Origin: a virus | Taxonomy: Duplodnaviria; Caudoviricetes | Virus record (IMG/VR): IMGVR_UViG_3300020477_000064 | Span: 1 to 39,006 of that record | Strand: one strand, 5' to 3' | DNA: 39,006 nucleotides | Shown here: positions 1 through 10,331 of the stretch, in pieces | Layout: each line of letters starts with the position of its first letter | Numbering within the stretch: the stretch's first letter is position 1 | Position numbers and translations under genes: made by a program | The notes under the pieces: model-generated | Told to the model about the DNA's origin: nothing | Seen by the model: the letters and a program-made list of their open reading frames with translations, nothing else | The model's database searches: none

Positions 1-1
1 C

Positions 2-1309
2 ATCCATCCCATCCATCCAATTTAATCTATATCTATTATGTGTGTCCATTAACTGCTTATGTAAATCAGTATTAATAACACCATTTTCAATAATTTTTCC
101 CTCTATACCATAAAGACCTTTTTCTCCTGTAAGATAAGATAGTTCATTCTCATCAAAATATCTTGATAATGGTGCATTAACTCCATTGACTTGAGCTTGT
201 ACCATATCAGACAATCCCCTCATTACACTCTCTGAGATCTGATAATGTTTTTTAAATTTATCATCTGTCATCCCACTATTATTCACTAGCTTAAACGATT
301 GATTCTTTAAATGTATGTTTATTTGTTCATCTTTTTTTTCAATTTGATCTGCATAACTATCAATACCTTCCTCATCATTATTTTGTATTGCAAGATTATA
401 ATTCTGTTGCAAAAAATTCTTTTGAGTATTCAGCTCCGACAATCTACTTATAAATGCGCCAGTTCTTACTCTCGGCATATTATCCTCTACTACTGAAGTA
501 ATATAATTTCTATGGTCTTTTTCTAATTCAACATATCCATCATACAAGTCATCTGAAGATGCAATAGTCTTAGCTCTTAAATCTAATTCAGCTGTCCTGC
601 TTTCATATATATACTTATCACTTAAAGCTTTAATCTTATTATATTCAGCAGCTTTAGTGGCAGCTTGATCTTCAAGGACATCATAAGCCCCTCTTAAATA
701 ACTAAGCTGTAAATTCTCTATCTCAGGAGTACTTGGATTATTATCATGATCTATAGTAGGAGACATATCATATCCTCTACTATCCATATAATTTTCAAAT
801 CCTGACCATGTATAATCAGCAATATCCATGTAATATGGATCGGTACCTCCTCCTAAAATATCAGCTCCCCCCATGAAATAAGAATCAACTTCAGGTAAAG
901 TCACATTTAGAAAAGTATTTACTTCTTGAGATTTAGTTTTATACCAGTCAGCTTCATTGGTCATATCTTGAATAGTATCTTGGTAATAACCATAAATGTC
1001 TTCTTTAGTAGCATTAGCTAAATCAGGAAGATTTCCACTCTGATACAAATCTCCTAAATCAAAACTTTCTTGAGTTGCTTTTTGAAAACTATTTAAAGCA
1101 GTTTCTAATTTAGCTTTTTCACCTTCTATATTTAATAATGCACCCTGAAATTGTTTGCCATATATACTACTAGCAAGGTTTCCAGTCTCTCGTATAGTGT
1201 TCATGGTTGCATTATAACCTTCTACACTTTTTTTATAATCAGCTTCGATGAGACTGGCAGCTAACGCGCCACCATAACCCAATAATTGTTCCTTACTAAT
1301 CTCAGACAT
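2..1309 (-). CDS. putative internal virion (ejection) protein, truncated by window edge
   Basis: ATG at 1309 (MSEISKEQLLGYGGALAASL...) 6 nt after the stop of the previous gene; both ends translated and open (...HNRYRLNWMDGMD); absent from the ORF track, consistent with no stop in the window. Function inferred from position only. Confidence 0.7.
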   Translation of the reverse strand, partial: MSEISKEQLLGYGGALAASLIEADYKKSVEGYNATMNTIRETGNLASSIYGKQFQGALLNIEGEKAKLETALNSFQKATQESFDLGDLYQSGNLPDLANATKEDIYGYYQDTIQDMTNEADWYKTKSQEVNTFLNVTLPEVDSYFMGGADILGGGTDPYYMDIADYTWSGFENYMDSRGYDMSPTIDHDNNPSTPEIENLQLSYLRGAYDVLEDQAATKAAEYNKIKALSDKYIYESRTAELDLRAKTIASSDDLYDGYVELEKDHRNYITSVVEDNMPRVRTGAFISRLSELNTQKNFLQQNYNLAIQNNDEEGIDSYADQIEKKDEQINIHLKNQSFKLVNNSGMTDDKFKKHYQISESVMRGLSDMVQAQVNGVNAPLSRYFDENELSYLTGEKGLYGIEGKIIENGVINTDLHKQLMDTHNRYRLNWMDGMD

Positions 1310-1315
1310 TATATT

Positions 1316-2632
1316 TTAACCTAACTCTTTTTTAATTATATGCGGCAATCCTACTAGTACAAAAACAGGCATTAATATAAGGGCAACACCAACTAATCCA
1401 AAAGTAGCTATTTTACCTAAAACTTTATTTTTTCTAGAATAACCTATTGAATAACTCAGAGGATCTATCCAAAGATTCTTTACAACCCATCCAATATAAT
1501 TAGGATTATCCTTTACTGTATGTTCAACAAATGCGTCTGTACCTCTTTTTACTAGATATCTTATAATTTTACTTTTCTTAGTTAATTTAGCAATAACTTT
1601 GCCCCAAGCATGATATCCTCTTATCCAAGTCTTACCTCTATCAGAACCATCATGGTGAGTTTCTTGGCACCAATCTACGGCCGTTTGTTTTTGCATGTTT
1701 GACCATTCACCAGTATCATTTAAAGCAGTAGATACAACGCAAGGGTTAGTATTGGGATTTGTAGGACTAATGAAATTTATCAAATCTGCAGGGTCTGTTC
1801 CCCCACCAGTAGTTCCACCACCACCACTACCACCACCACATATATTTACATAACCTGCTGGAGGACCTGGATTAAATACATAACAATCTGCGGCATCATT
1901 AGTCCAATGTTGTTCAGTTTCCTCATACCATTGCTCAGCATTGTATAAATGTTCCTCAGTCTCATTGTTAAAACAAACACCGCTACTATTTGCATACTGT
2001 CCTTCAGGACAAGGCTCACCAGAACTATTATATGTTTGTACATCTGCTCCCTGGTAATTCCAACTCCCTTCCGATAAATTAGCATCTAAAGGATTCCCAG
2101 TTCCATAAAAATATGGATTATGAGCACCGACATCAGCATCTAATTGAGGGAATATCCCTCCTTCAAAATCAAAATCAACTGTAGCTCCTGCCGCTCCTGC
2201 ATTAGTAACTATTTGCTGAATTTGGTTTTTAGCTTCTGCAATACGAGCATGCATATCTGCTTCAATTGATATAGTATCTTGGATATTTGCTTGTTTTAAT
2301 TTTTCCATTCCAACATCTACTGCTCGTTCAACAGCTAAATTTTTACCAGACCAACCGCCTCCAACAGATTCAAGTCCAGTATAAGTAGGAGTATAATAAT
2401 CCTCAATTGTATCACTTAATCCTGAAGTCATTGTACCCCAATTACCTCTATATAAGGAGAACAGATCTTGCATATACCTTCCCTCTGCACCAAAATCGCC
2501 TGTAACATCCTGCTGGATATCCATAATTGTTTGCTCCGTCTGTTCCTCAAATTCTTCATCATATCCTTGAAATAAATAGTTTGATGCAGGACCGTATTGT
2601 GCCCAATTCCTAATTTTTTCTAAAATCATCAT
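1316..2632 (-). CDS. putative virion/ejection protein with Gly linker, C-terminal Cys-initiated domain and TM helix
   Basis: 438-aa ORF in late operon; acidic N-terminus, GGGSGGGGTTGGG linker, CVVSTAL...GYHAWG segment, hydrophobic C-terminal helix. Confidence 0.6.
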   Translation of the reverse strand: MMILEKIRNWAQYGPASNYLFQGYDEEFEEQTEQTIMDIQQDVTGDFGAEGRYMQDLFSLYRGNWGTMTSGLSDTIEDYYTPTYTGLESVGGGWSGKNLAVERAVDVGMEKLKQANIQDTISIEADMHARIAEAKNQIQQIVTNAGAAGATVDFDFEGGIFPQLDADVGAHNPYFYGTGNPLDANLSEGSWNYQGADVQTYNSSGEPCPEGQYANSSGVCFNNETEEHLYNAEQWYEETEQHWTNDAADCYVFNPGPPAGYVNICGGGSGGGGTTGGGTDPADLINFISPTNPNTNPCVVSTALNDTGEWSNMQKQTAVDWCQETHHDGSDRGKTWIRGYHAWGKVIAKLTKKSKIIRYLVKRGTDAFVEHTVKDNPNYIGWVVKNLWIDPLSYSIGYSRKNKVLGKIATFGLVGVALILMPVFVLVGLPHIIKKELG

Positions 2633-3568
2633 TTAATTACCTTTAAACCAATCCCATAGAGTAGTTCCTAATTGAAGGGCGGCGGCACCACCCCATCCCC
2701 ATGGTGTTAATGCTAATAATGGAGCAGCAGCTCTTAAATATCTTGTCTCATTACCTTCCCAATCTTGCCAACCACCTTTTTGAGACCAAAGATTATCTTC
2801 CCAACCTTTATCCCCAAAGAATGAAGTCCCAGCAGAAATACCAGTTCCCAAAGCTGTCAATCCCTTACCTAAACTAAATTGCTTTTCATATAAGCCTGTA
2901 TCTGGATTTAATACTAAATTTGAGAGTTTACCTTCGAACATGCCAGTTCCATAGCCTGTAGTTGTATCTGCAATTTGCCTTCCTGAAGTAACAGCACCAG
3001 ATGGATCAACTGTTGACCCCCTTGTATAAACTCCTGGACTAGAAGGTGTATAAGGAGTCTGCCTAGTCCATGGAGCCAAAGTTCTTGCAATATTACCTTG
3101 TTGCATATAGTCTGGATTCATCTGAAGATTTAGACTTGGATTTTGTTTATTAAGCGCTTGTAAATAGCTTAGTTTCTTTCCTTCTCTTTTAGCCATTACA
3201 TTAGGAATTTGGCCTATTAATGACTGAGCTCCTATATCTAAATAACGTGCATTTTCTGCATCTTTCTTATCCTGCTCTCTTTGCTCATAATCTCTCACCG
3301 AAGTCTCATACATATAGTCAATTATAGACGAATCAGACCAATCTTCCTCTAATCTTTCATAATTAATTCCTGGCCCATAAGAAGTCCCACTGTAAGTTGT
3401 AGCATCAGATTCATCCGCGCCGAAGTCTAAATCATCAAATAAAGGAGCACCGCCACCACCGCCGCCTCCTCCTCCAGGTAATACAGTAGACCCTAAAACA
3501 TTCATAAGGCCAACTCTTCTACCTAAATTTATCCCTTTTAAGGGATTGGGAATATATTTACCATTCAT
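2633..3568 (-). CDS. putative internal virion (pilot/ejection) protein
   Basis: Gly-rich ORF with GxxxG/amphipathic C-terminus (GKGLTALGTGISAG..., PWGWGGAAALQLG); likely start ATG 3568 after AAGGAG RBS rather than TTG 3574. Confidence 0.55.
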   Translation of the reverse strand: MNGKYIPNPLKGINLGRRVGLMNVLGSTVLPGGGGGGGGGAPLFDDLDFGADESDATTYSGTSYGPGINYERLEEDWSDSSIIDYMYETSVRDYEQREQDKKDAENARYLDIGAQSLIGQIPNVMAKREGKKLSYLQALNKQNPSLNLQMNPDYMQQGNIARTLAPWTRQTPYTPSSPGVYTRGSTVDPSGAVTSGRQIADTTTGYGTGMFEGKLSNLVLNPDTGLYEKQFSLGKGLTALGTGISAGTSFFGDKGWEDNLWSQKGGWQDWEGNETRYLRAAAPLLALTPWGWGGAAALQLGTTLWDWFKGN

Positions 3569-3638
3569 AATCAACTCCTTTTAGTCACTTAATAATAATA
3601 AAAATAAGCATCCAATACTAGAGATTCTTTATTTTATG

Positions 3639-3740
3639 TTATTGACTATTAATCCAATCTATAATTTCATTTAATTTACTAGTTAATGCTTCTATCATCT
3701 CATCAAAATCTGGTGTATCATTAATATCTATTCTATCCAT
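3639..3740 (-). CDS. small hypothetical protein (33 aa, MDRIDINDTPDFDEMIEALTSKLNEIIDWINSQ)
   Basis: TAATG overlap with the upstream tail-fibre stop; fills the gap. Confidence 0.55.
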   Translation of the reverse strand: MDRIDINDTPDFDEMIEALTSKLNEIIDWINSQ

Positions 3741-5761
3741 TATGTGTCTACCTCTGTATATTCTAAAATTACTTTTGCAGCCATATACATATTATAAGCA
3801 GCAGTTGGCTCAACAAAAGCTATTAATATTTGATTATCACTAAAATCCACATCAAGATCTGCTGCAGTTCCTGATAAAGTCATTGTATAAGCTCTAGCTT
3901 GTGAATAATCATCATTATTTATAGAGCCACCAGAACCTACTTCAACACCATTAGACAAGTCCCCATCTGAATCTATATCATATCTCATTAAAGATACGTT
4001 ATGGGAAGTATTAGTGGCACCTCCTTGTCCTACCCACACTTTACATCCTGTGACTGTAATATCATGCATAGAAGCCCATATACAAGCAACTAAATCATCT
4101 GCTGTTGTAGACACAGTATATGATGTATCTGGAGATGAACCAGTTCCCATTTGAAGTGCCGCCAGAGAATGTCCAGTTGGTATCCCTAGCCAAGTTCCTG
4201 AACCTGCAAGCCTTGCTAATTCACCGCCCCAAACAGCCGTATGTTTTATTGCATCTACATATGCTTTAGTCACTACATCAGCAGCATGCCCAGGAGTAAA
4301 CGTAGATCCATCTGCCAACACTCTAACAGAACCACTCACAGAATCTAATATGATTCCGCCATCTACATCTAATGTTAAATCGGAATCTTCTGAGCCATTC
4401 CCTGTTGTTGCAATAGTTAAATCTCCTGTGTCTGCAACCGCAATTGTAGCATAATCATTTGTATCCGCATTAGCCTCCATCTTTATATGAGTGCCAGCAG
4501 TATTAATATTTAATCCAATATTTGTATCAGCACTATCTACATCTAAATCAATTCCAATAGCAGTATGAGTTCCACTTGTAGCACCTACTACATCAATATC
4601 CATTCCTTTAACACTAGAAGTCCCTAAACTAGCAGAATTAACATCTAGATTTATACCTATATCATTATGAGCTTCAGTCCCTGAGCCTGCCACTGTTCTA
4701 TCGAAATCAATTTGCAATCCTGTTCCATTACTTGCTCCAGTACCAGATAAATTGCTATCTACTAAAAATCCCCATGAAGTAGCAGTAGCAGTATGATTTA
4801 AATAACTACCTCCGCCTACTCCAAAATTGCCAAATACTGACCCCATATCAAATGTAGTACCATTCTGCCCAGTTCCACCACCATAAAGCCATATATCTTG
4901 ACCTCCAGCAGCTAAATATACATCATCTGCAGCGCTAATTTTAATATGACCTCCAGAGCCACTAGATAAAGCATCCATATTCCACAATCTTACTAATCCA
5001 TCATCATCTGTATCCAATAAACCAATCTCAGTTCCCGAACCAAGCATTCTAAATTCAGCAGCAGAGCCACTAGTTGATGGATCAAAAGCAAATCTTATAG
5101 TAGTATTCTCAATGATATTTACTACCCCACCATCTGCTTCGGCTACCAATTCGATATTCCCTGTTCCTTTACCGCCTAATCGTACAGGAATATTTGCCTC
5201 GGTTCCATCCATTGATATAATACCTGTACCTCCACTCGCGGCATTCTTAATAGTCATCCTATTAATTGCAGAAGAAGTAGCTTTTACTTCAATACATTTA
5301 TTACCATTAGCATCTCTTATATTTGCACAACGAATATCTCCATCTGAAGAATCAGTCACATCTCTTACTTTCAAAACCCCTTCATCTTCTTGGAGTAATA
5401 CTCCAGTACCCCCTTTCGAATTCACTAATATTGAAGGAGTAAGCAGCGAAACATCCTTTGCGAAAAATCCAGTATTCTCATACATAGCCTGTATAACAGA
5501 TACTCCATTAGTAGTTACATGCTGCTGAAAATTGATAGGTTTCATTACACGAACAATAGGATCTTTAATCATGGATTTAGTAGCTAATTCGTGCCATTCT
5601 CCAGCCATCTTAAGAAAAGGCTTCAACCCATAAGGAGTATGATAAATAGCTAAATCACCCGTAGCCCCAGAAGCTCTTCTAGGCAATCCTTTTTTAATAG
5701 GAGACCTATCCATTTTTCCAGTGGTCATTCTTCTAATATTAGATTCTAAATCTTTTTTCAT
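3740..5761 (-). CDS. tail fibre/spike protein
   Basis: 673 aa, G/T/S/D-rich beta-repeat composition (IGINLDV, GMDIDV, IGIDLDV), VVTKAYVD motif typical of fibre proteins; follows the nozzle-like gene. Confidence 0.6.
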   Translation of the reverse strand: MKKDLESNIRRMTTGKMDRSPIKKGLPRRASGATGDLAIYHTPYGLKPFLKMAGEWHELATKSMIKDPIVRVMKPINFQQHVTTNGVSVIQAMYENTGFFAKDVSLLTPSILVNSKGGTGVLLQEDEGVLKVRDVTDSSDGDIRCANIRDANGNKCIEVKATSSAINRMTIKNAASGGTGIISMDGTEANIPVRLGGKGTGNIELVAEADGGVVNIIENTTIRFAFDPSTSGSAAEFRMLGSGTEIGLLDTDDDGLVRLWNMDALSSGSGGHIKISAADDVYLAAGGQDIWLYGGGTGQNGTTFDMGSVFGNFGVGGGSYLNHTATATSWGFLVDSNLSGTGASNGTGLQIDFDRTVAGSGTEAHNDIGINLDVNSASLGTSSVKGMDIDVVGATSGTHTAIGIDLDVDSADTNIGLNINTAGTHIKMEANADTNDYATIAVADTGDLTIATTGNGSEDSDLTLDVDGGIILDSVSGSVRVLADGSTFTPGHAADVVTKAYVDAIKHTAVWGGELARLAGSGTWLGIPTGHSLAALQMGTGSSPDTSYTVSTTADDLVACIWASMHDITVTGCKVWVGQGGATNTSHNVSLMRYDIDSDGDLSNGVEVGSGGSINNDDYSQARAYTMTLSGTAADLDVDFSDNQILIAFVEPTAAYNMYMAAKVILEYTEVDT

Positions 5762-8700
5762 TATTTTATTGCTTTAGGTCTATAAGATATTTCCATATCA
5801 TTTATATAATATGCTGCTGGGAATCCATCTACAGGTACTCCCCAGTAATCATTATCACTACCACCACCCCACATCCAATTTTTTCTACATAATATAATTG
5901 AAGCTGCCTTCACGTCCATTCCTAAAGCAAATTTTTCCATCATTCCACCTTCAACATCAGACAGACCACTAGCATGCCTACATATTCCGACAAATCCATG
6001 CCAGTCAGTAGGATCCTGCTCATATGTAGTCTGATGATCCCCGTGAAAACTAACAGGTCGGATAATCCCATCTCTATCTGTATACTGTAAATATATAGCG
6101 ACATCATATTGATATAGACCTTCACTTCCATCATCTTCACCTACATTAAAACTCATATAAAAATGTTTTAATCTCTTTATTTGAGATGCATTATCAAAAA
6201 CAAATTCCTTGCTCTGCCAAAAAGGAGTCCAGGCAGGAGTGCCATCAGCCCCTTCCATATTATGCTCGTGATATGGGTCGAAAAACTGATCATGCCTTCT
6301 CCAATGCCAAATAGTAGATACATCTGACTGAGTAGTATTTATCGAGGAGGCTAAATATCCCAATCTTAAATCAGGAAAATTTATTAAATTTGTAATTTTA
6401 GTAGCATTTTTATGCGCAAATGTTCCTTGGGAAGCAAAGTACCAAGACTCAGTAAGTACATCATATACAAAGATTTGAAGAGAATGGCCTATTATAATTA
6501 TTTTCTTATCTATAGGATCATAACCTATTCTTCTATTTCTAATAGAATCATCATCAGTCTCCTTTATTAATTCTTCAAAATATGTAATGTCTATTAATCG
6601 CACACCTTCTCTTTCAAATAAATTTTTAACACCTTTTCCATCATAAAGGAATACACCTGTTTCATTGAACCAAGCAACACCATTTTCTGTATTGCAAACA
6701 TTATTAGCACTTTTAACTCCTCTATAATCATACATTGCTTCAACGCCTATTGCTTCAACGCCATTAGAAACATTTAATATATATAACTTTCTTTCCTTAA
6801 ATTGCAAAACTCTATCTGCAAAATATTCAAGATGAATTATTTTATCTCCATCATTAGCTGTAACTATAGCTTCATTATCAGCAGGAAACACATCAAATTG
6901 ACCTGGTGGACTTACCATCATCTTATCAGGAAAAGCAATTCCATCTTGTATGACATTTCCAACAACTAATTGCCCATGAACCATTACCGCTGTAGAATAT
7001 CTAACATTTGATAAGAGAGATTCTCTGGAAAATTGATTTAACACTTCAAAAGTATCGAATAGAGGAGGATCATTCAATTCAATGACAACTTTTCCAGGCC
7101 AATATACATTATCAGACAATTCATGGCCCTTGGCTCCAGCAGCATATATTACAGGCCAAGTAGAATTAGTAGTTGTAGATGAAGATGTACTTATCCAACC
7201 TGAAGAATAATCTCCATCATTGCCTAGACCAGCAAAGTCATAGCCAGTAGGGTCTGGATGCATTTGCTTTATCCACCCTCTTCCCGTCCAAGGAGTCCAT
7301 CCCATTTGAGGAGGTATTCTATAACCTTTTTCATAATTAACTTCACATAATAAATACCTGTCATCACGATATTCAGTAGTATGATTCCAATACATTCTAA
7401 ACCCTACTACTCTAGACATGTGATCAGCAGTACCATACTTTGCTATATCGTCTCCTGTCAAAGATATATCTGTTCCATTTGAAGCTACCAGCCCTTCATC
7501 ATTATGATCAGAATAAGCATTTATTTGATTAAAATCTCCTGCCGTTTGAGAATAACTACTATAACCAGATAAATGCGTTGGATCAATATGCCCTCCTAAT
7601 CCTACAGCTATTTTTAAAAGTAAGGATCTATTCCCTGTTTGATTATCAGTATTATCAGAAGCCATCCATCCATCTTTAGTGCCAATATTTGTCCCTGATA
7701 AAGTTATTGCTGTATTTTGTGTAGTAGGATGCAATCTATCCTCAGCTATTATTTCACGAGTTTCTGAACCATCTGCATATACATATGCAAAATAAAATTG
7801 AATAGCTAATCCATCAGCTGTTTTATGTGCAGGCCATGTCCCTGTACCAGAAGAAGAAGACCATTGAACTCCTACAGTTGTTTCTTTAGCTGCTTTTGGA
7901 ATACAATTAGAATGAACACTACTAGTTCCATCACTACCAGATCCCCCATTATACCCTAAAGCATTCTTATCTTTTTCTAGTGAAGTTAATTTTATTACAT
8001 TGGCTCCATGCATTATAGAATCCATAGCTCCGTGATCACTATTGTCTTGACTGCCACCATCTCCATCATAATCAATTCCATCAGTGCTTGAATTGCCTAC
8101 ATGCCAATAATCTCTTACTGCAGGAGTAAACTTATCATAAATTACATCAGATCCTGTAAGATTAGTTCGAGTTGTGTCATTCCAAAACGCATTTTGTCTA
8201 TAAACTTGCCAAGTATCTCCACCTATATCAACATTGAATGCTGAGTCAATATCAGGGAATCTAGTCTTCATATTTAAACTTAAAGGAGCTATTGTTACAG
8301 AATCATAAGCTTTTTTAGTATCATACGCCTTTATTTGATTAGTAAGATTTATAAATTTCCATTCGGGGTAAATCAAATTACCATTCGCATCAGTTATATT
8401 TTCTTCTTCTGTAAATTCATCTGTGAAACTAAAAATTTCAAGCCAATAAGTTTGACTAGCCTGCGATCCACCTGATCCTATTGCAGTATAAGGATTATCA
8501 GTAAGTGTTTTTGCAGCAAAAATATTTCCAGTCTCTGTTGCAACTAACCATATAAAACAATCTTGTTGTTCTAATGCAGCTCCATGATGAATTAAATTTG
8601 AATAATCACTTCCATAAAAATGAAATCCTGCCTCTTCTGAAAACTCATCTATCCAAGCTACACCGTCTGCAAAGTAAGTTCTCATATCTCCTTCTAGCAT

Positions 8701-8853
8701 TTCTTCAAATTTACCCAAAGGTTTTAATCGACCTATAGAAGAACCTTCAAATCCATCTATAAATTTAACTGCACCCTCTGGAATATCTCTAGAAGATGGA
8801 TCATTCATAAGCCCATGATGAAATACATGAATTTTCTGAATTTTCTTAGGCAT
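5761..8853 (-). CDS. tail nozzle/stabilisation protein (P22 gp10-like position)
   Basis: 1030 aa; N-terminal F..GL..D.S.RDIP motif and C-terminal beta-propeller-like region (SPPGQFDVFP, DGDKII.L, GV.S...V, GVFLYDG, IGYDP, FVYD..TESW). Confidence 0.6.
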   Translation of the reverse strand: MPKKIQKIHVFHHGLMNDPSSRDIPEGAVKFIDGFEGSSIGRLKPLGKFEEMLEGDMRTYFADGVAWIDEFSEEAGFHFYGSDYSNLIHHGAALEQQDCFIWLVATETGNIFAAKTLTDNPYTAIGSGGSQASQTYWLEIFSFTDEFTEEENITDANGNLIYPEWKFINLTNQIKAYDTKKAYDSVTIAPLSLNMKTRFPDIDSAFNVDIGGDTWQVYRQNAFWNDTTRTNLTGSDVIYDKFTPAVRDYWHVGNSSTDGIDYDGDGGSQDNSDHGAMDSIMHGANVIKLTSLEKDKNALGYNGGSGSDGTSSVHSNCIPKAAKETTVGVQWSSSSGTGTWPAHKTADGLAIQFYFAYVYADGSETREIIAEDRLHPTTQNTAITLSGTNIGTKDGWMASDNTDNQTGNRSLLLKIAVGLGGHIDPTHLSGYSSYSQTAGDFNQINAYSDHNDEGLVASNGTDISLTGDDIAKYGTADHMSRVVGFRMYWNHTTEYRDDRYLLCEVNYEKGYRIPPQMGWTPWTGRGWIKQMHPDPTGYDFAGLGNDGDYSSGWISTSSSTTTNSTWPVIYAAGAKGHELSDNVYWPGKVVIELNDPPLFDTFEVLNQFSRESLLSNVRYSTAVMVHGQLVVGNVIQDGIAFPDKMMVSPPGQFDVFPADNEAIVTANDGDKIIHLEYFADRVLQFKERKLYILNVSNGVEAIGVEAMYDYRGVKSANNVCNTENGVAWFNETGVFLYDGKGVKNLFEREGVRLIDITYFEELIKETDDDSIRNRRIGYDPIDKKIIIIGHSLQIFVYDVLTESWYFASQGTFAHKNATKITNLINFPDLRLGYLASSINTTQSDVSTIWHWRRHDQFFDPYHEHNMEGADGTPAWTPFWQSKEFVFDNASQIKRLKHFYMSFNVGEDDGSEGLYQYDVAIYLQYTDRDGIIRPVSFHGDHQTTYEQDPTDWHGFVGICRHASGLSDVEGGMMEKFALGMDVKAASIILCRKNWMWGGGSDNDYWGVPVDGFPAAYYINDMEISYRPKAIK

Positions 8854-8977
8854 TTATATATATAACATTAGAAGTCGAACACCACTCGCTAGAATAGCTC
8901 GTTGTAGATGTTTTCAGGTATTTTGAGGCAGGGGTAGTATCCGACTCCCAATATTTTTCTTTCTTCTCTTTAGACAT
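8846..8977 (-). CDS. small hypothetical protein (43 aa)
   Basis: MSKEKKEKYWESD...; TAATG coupling to the upstream gene, overlaps the start of the next gene. Confidence 0.5.
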   Translation of the reverse strand: MSKEKKEKYWESDTTPASKYLKTSTTSYSSEWCSTSNVIYINA

Positions 8978-9186
8978 TATAATTTATCTCTCATCACTTC
9001 TTTAACAACATCTTCAACAGAATCATATACAGCATTTAGTATCTTTTCCTCTGTCTTTTCTGATAAAAACGGAATATCAACATTAGCATTTAACTTATCA
9101 ACTAACTTTTTTTGAAGATCGTCATCAAATATCTTGTCTATTATAGCATCTTTATTCTCGCTAATTAAGTCTTTTAAAAAACTCAT
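8977..9186 (-). CDS. hypothetical protein
   Basis: 69-aa ORF with AAGGAG RBS, tightly packed in the operon. Confidence 0.75.
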   Translation of the reverse strand: MSFLKDLISENKDAIIDKIFDDDLQKKLVDKLNANVDIPFLSEKTEEKILNAVYDSVEDVVKEVMRDKL

Positions 9187-9187
9187 T

Positions 9188-9379
9188 TTATTTCTCCTTG
9201 ATTTGTTGATTGCATTTATTACATATTACAAAATTTCGCATGGGATGAGCCATCTTTTCCAATTCATCTAATCTATATAACACCATATCCATCTGTTCGT
9301 CCAAATTATTCTTTTCGAACACATAGGTCATGATACCCTTAATAACCTTAGGGGTTAAAATTTTTAACACAGGAATCAT
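9188..9379 (-). CDS. hypothetical protein with CxxC
   Basis: 63-aa ORF, TAATG overlap, C-terminal CNKC. Confidence 0.7.
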   Translation of the reverse strand: MIPVLKILTPKVIKGIMTYVFEKNNLDEQMDMVLYRLDELEKMAHPMRNFVICNKCNQQIKEK

Positions 9380-9891
9380 TATACTGATGCTACATAAACT
9401 TCTACATCAACTTCACTAGCTGTAGTACATACACTTATATCAGTAAGGTTCCCTAAATTAGAAACTCCACCACTAGAAACAGTCACAGCGCCAGCATTTG
9501 CCTCTAAAGTAGATGCTACTCCTTCATTTTGGTTTAACATACCATTATAAATAAATGATTGCCCTTTGTCCAAAACTACTGCAGTCTCATCATTAGCAGC
9601 ATTTTTAAGAATTATATGACATTCATTAGTATCATCTAAATTAGAAATTCGAATATACTTTACATCTGCAGCTATAAAAGTTCCAGCAGCGATTGCACTT
9701 CCAAATGATAAAAGTACTTGATCAGCAACTCCTCCTGCAACAGTGACAATTCTTCTACTAACGTCAGTAATATTTGGAATAGTCCAAGCTGACTTGCAAC
9801 CATAATCTCTTCCATCGATAATAATATTCTCACTTAAATTTACAGTCAAATTACTTCCTGTAGTACCACCATATTTCTTTACTCTAGCCAT
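9379..9891 (-). CDS. virion structural protein, paralog of 20244..20714
   Basis: Shares YIRI(S/T)NLDDTN, LDKGQ(S/T)FIYNG and terminal D(V/L)EV(Y/F)VA motifs with the 156-aa ORF. Confidence 0.65.
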   Translation of the reverse strand: MARVKKYGGTTGSNLTVNLSENIIIDGRDYGCKSAWTIPNITDVSRRIVTVAGGVADQVLLSFGSAIAAGTFIAADVKYIRISNLDDTNECHIILKNAANDETAVVLDKGQSFIYNGMLNQNEGVASTLEANAGAVTVSSGGVSNLGNLTDISVCTTASEVDVEVYVASV

Positions 9892-9903
9892 CGATTACTC
9901 CTT

Positions 9904-10200
9904 TTAATAATCTCTTTTTCTTTTAACAAACTTTTCTCTCAACCCATTCCCACTTAAACTAGATAATATCTCAACAATAGCATGATAACTAGCTTTAATA
10001 TCTGCCTGCTTCATTTGCATTTGCTTTTGAGCATCAATTAGTTTAATTACTATACCTTCAACTCTTTCAAAAGACTCTCTTAGTTCTTTTTGTAATTCAT
10101 CTTGTATAAATTTATTCTGTTTCCATATAAAAAACCCAAATGCTATACTCATTGCCACTGGTACTCCAAATGTTTCTAATATCGCGAATATATCCATCAC
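9904..10200 (-). CDS. holin-like membrane protein
   Basis: Single N-terminal TM helix (FGVPVAMSIAFGFFIW), then coiled coil and basic tail. Confidence 0.5.
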   Translation of the reverse strand: MMDIFAILETFGVPVAMSIAFGFFIWKQNKFIQDELQKELRESFERVEGIVIKLIDAQKQMQMKQADIKASYHAIVEILSSLSGNGLREKFVKRKRDY

Positions 10201-10331
10201 CTATTAAACTTATCCATTTGACATTTTCTTTTAGCATCCTTTTCCTTTTTCTCTTTAAAAAAGGTATACACAGAAGCCCCATAGACTCCTAATATGAAAA
10301 ATACAATAATCCCTGTTATTATATCTATCAT
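10197..10331 (-). CDS. small membrane protein (44 aa)
   Basis: MIDIITGIIVFFILGVYGASVYTFFKEKKEK...; ATGA overlap with the phosphoesterase stop. Confidence 0.55.
   Translation of the reverse strand: MIDIITGIIVFFILGVYGASVYTFFKEKKEKDAKRKCQMDKFNR

Noticed and set aside
1-19. CATC/ATCC microrepeat
   Set aside because: Encodes WMDGMD within the truncated minus-strand gene; too short to interpret.
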